A program made the position numbers and the translations under genes. Below, piece after piece: positions 61,700-64,000 of a stretch of 64,000 nt of DNA. This DNA is from Camelus dromedarius. Its lineage: Eukaryota. Position 1 is the first letter of the stretch; every line of letters begins with the position of its first letter. Location of the stretch: the NCBI RefSeq assembly GCF_036321535.1, contig NC_087437.1, forward strand, positions 101,806,001-101,870,000, in the 5' to 3' direction. The notes under the pieces were generated by a model, which worked only from the letters and a program-made list of their open reading frames with translations, made no database searches and was not told where the DNA came from.

Positions 61700-64000
61700 T
61701 CGGTGTCAGCTTTTCACTTTCTCTCTTCCACTGTATCTACATACTTTTGCATATTACCATGCTTAAGATTCCTGAGAAACATCAACAGGCAATGGACACT
61801 CTTTTATTTCTGCTTGGGGTCATCACCCTGAATCTGTCCTTAATCCCTGGTAATCAGGCATGAACAGTAATTCATGTCAAAAACATCTATCATATAGTAA
61901 ATACAGTTATTATATTAGGTAATTTAAGAACAGGAATTTTAAAAAAGGAATTTCAGAAAAAAATTTTTTGTGAATTTCTACTAAGCAAATAAACACACCC
62001 TCTAATAATTAAAAGAACTAGACATTAACATGATGAAAACATCCCAAATAACTTAATATATTCAATGTAATGATTGGTGATCAACATAACAATAGATAGA
62101 CATGGAATAATTTGGCCTTTTTAATGTTCTTAATCCACAAAATTGATTTATCATGAGCAGAACCTATTTGTGGTCAGTTGCCCCAGTTGAATCTAGGATG
62201 AAACAAATCCCAACAGCCAGAAAACATATTCAAAAAGATCTGAGGCGATATTTAAAAACTATTTTAAACAGTCATGTTAACTCATTCAGATCCATTTGTG
62301 TCCTTATCCAGCTCCCATCTAACACTATGGAGCCTCCAAATTTTATAAGAATAATATGCTGTCACTTCTTACCTGAAAGAGTAGACATACAAATCCAAAC
62401 AATCACAGAACTTTCTTCAATTTGGTGATCAGGTGACCAGCCACAATGTCTGAAAAGACAAAGTGAGAGGAATTTAGTAAAACAATCTCCAATCTCCATT
62501 TGTACAGCTGTTCCCAAGGTGTGATTAATCTTTTTCTTCCACAAGCCATTCAATATATCTTTCACTTTGACCCAGAGTTTACTGGTCTGGTTGATTGAAT
62601 AGTAATGGGTCTACAGGCTTTCAAACCTGAGAGATTTGGGCTCACAGTTACTTGGCCCTTGTTATCAGGTGGTTGCTGCAATCTACCATTTTCAATTTAC
62701 CAATTTCAATTCTTTTTGGGTATGGACATGCCAAGAAATGCCCTAGAAAATCTCCCCGGTCCAGGCATATTTCTCCCTTTCCCCACTGTGTACAGGATAC
62801 TATGGCCCACCTGGGTAAACAGGGTTGATTACCCAATCAGTTCTGTAAATCCTGTCTCTTCTTCTTGATTCATTGGTGTGAAGATGCCAACATGGCAAGA
62901 AGGTGGATTCTGACTCTAGCTCAGTGTAACTCAATGTTTTTCTTGAGGGAAGTGTTCTTTTCCTAGGAGCAAAAACCTTAAACTAGTAGTACCTAAGATT
63001 GCAAAGATGTGAAGTACATACTGGAAGTGTTGCAGATAGGGGCCGATCCTACTACCACTCCTTGGTTCTCGATCTACTGCTGTTGAGGCACCCTGCCATA
63101 TATCTTCTCTAGGAGCAGTGCACTGAGGACATGCTGGAAACAATGACTCAATCCAGTGGGGATTTTTGTTCATATTGACTCTTTAGAAGAGCCTTTAACT
63201 GCCATTATACTGATCTAATGAAAAAAAAAAAATATATATATATATATAAATAAAATTATATATCATTATGCCATTACTCTTTTGCCATAAAATGGATCTC
63301 CTTCTCTGAAGTGGTGTTGTTTGCAAGACATTGCATAAATAAATTGTCCTTGAGCCCTCCGAGAGTGGGGATGAAGGAAGCATTGAATATGAGGAAGATA
63401 AATACTTATCTAGAAAATCACGTAATTATCTAGAATGGTTATCCAATATAGTAAGGATGCATTGTTGCCTTCTCCAGGCTGGAAGATCTGTTATAAGTGA
63501 TCTACTACCAAATGGCTAAATGGTTCCCTATAAAGTGCTCACTGTTGGTATCTGCAGTGGTGACACTGACACTTATCAGTGGCAGTGGCAAGAATTAGCT
63601 TTGACAAGAGAAAGCCTATAAAATTGGGTCATTTCATAGTTGCTACCCTTGTCACTACTCTTCTGTTAATAAGGTTAGTATACTGACCCTGGAGCAGCTG
63701 AGAGATGACTGACATTCTTCTCTGGGGGCAGCTGTAGTAAGACTCAAATATCTGTACATTTTGTGCTTCTACACCTCCTTCTGTGAACTCCATTTTCTCA
63801 TCTCCCATCAAGTCTTATTCTTCCTAAACTCCTGATGAAACATTCAGTTGTTCATCAGGCAACCATATACATCCACATTTAGGCCTATTCTCCTTTCATA
63901 GAAATCCACATGAATTACACGGACAAGTATAATGCTCACAATTCTACTCACTAGGAACCATTTCTAAAAAGATATATAGTGTGATTTTTCTTCTTTTCCA
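61700..64000 (-). mobile_element. Decayed ERV-L (class III) internal region: RNase H/integrase, dUTPase-like and 3' internal segments; runs off the window edge
   Basis: Colinear resemblance to antisense ERV-L pol as recalled: 'agggaagtgttcttttcctaggagcaaaaacc' (integrase/dUTPase junction), 'atggttccctataaagtgctcactgttggtatctgcagtggtg' (integrase zinc-finger region), 'atgccctagaaaatctccccggtccaggcatatttctccc' (dUTPase 3' part). No intact ORF. Confidence 0.75.

Noticed and set aside
60000..61700. LTR at ~60.0-60.5 kb as the 3' LTR of the ERV-L internal segment
   Set aside because: They are separated by over 1 kb of unrelated AT-rich and MIR-like sequence, with no polypurine-tract junction visible.
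1..64000. CRISPR array, operon or other prokaryote-type system; NUMT; rRNA/snRNA genes
   Set aside because: No regularly spaced repeat-spacer array, no gene-dense coding sequence and no recognisable mitochondrial or structural RNA sequence. The content is typical mammalian repeat-rich non-coding DNA.

Overview
AT-rich, CpG-poor mammalian nuclear DNA, most likely from a camelid: a tRNA-derived SINE of the camelid Vic-1 type lies at ~56.9-57.0 kb. I found no credible protein-coding gene, structural RNA gene, CRISPR array or prokaryote-type system. The window reads as intergenic or deep-intronic sequence dominated by transposon fossils: L1 pieces of several ages, L2 and MIR fragments, many MaLR/ERVL solo LTRs (MLT1, MLT2, LTR16-like), a decayed ERV-L pol/dUTPase segment at the right end, and a ~440-bp polypurine microsatellite. 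Nearly all ORFs in the track are chance ORFs or repeat-derived. The most notable items are: (i) a 624-bp class-II-type solo LTR with a perfect 6-bp TSD and a duplicated U5 end, inserted in an L1; (ii) an unexplained CpG-rich island at ~4.55-4.81 kb inside a ~1-kb block bounded by direct repeats; (iii) a near-consensus CTCF site; (iv) an E-box/octamer/E-box cluster. Repeat family names come from recalled consensus sequences, not a database search. Subfamily labels and most repeat boundaries are therefore approximate. I cannot support a claim of a new biological system here.
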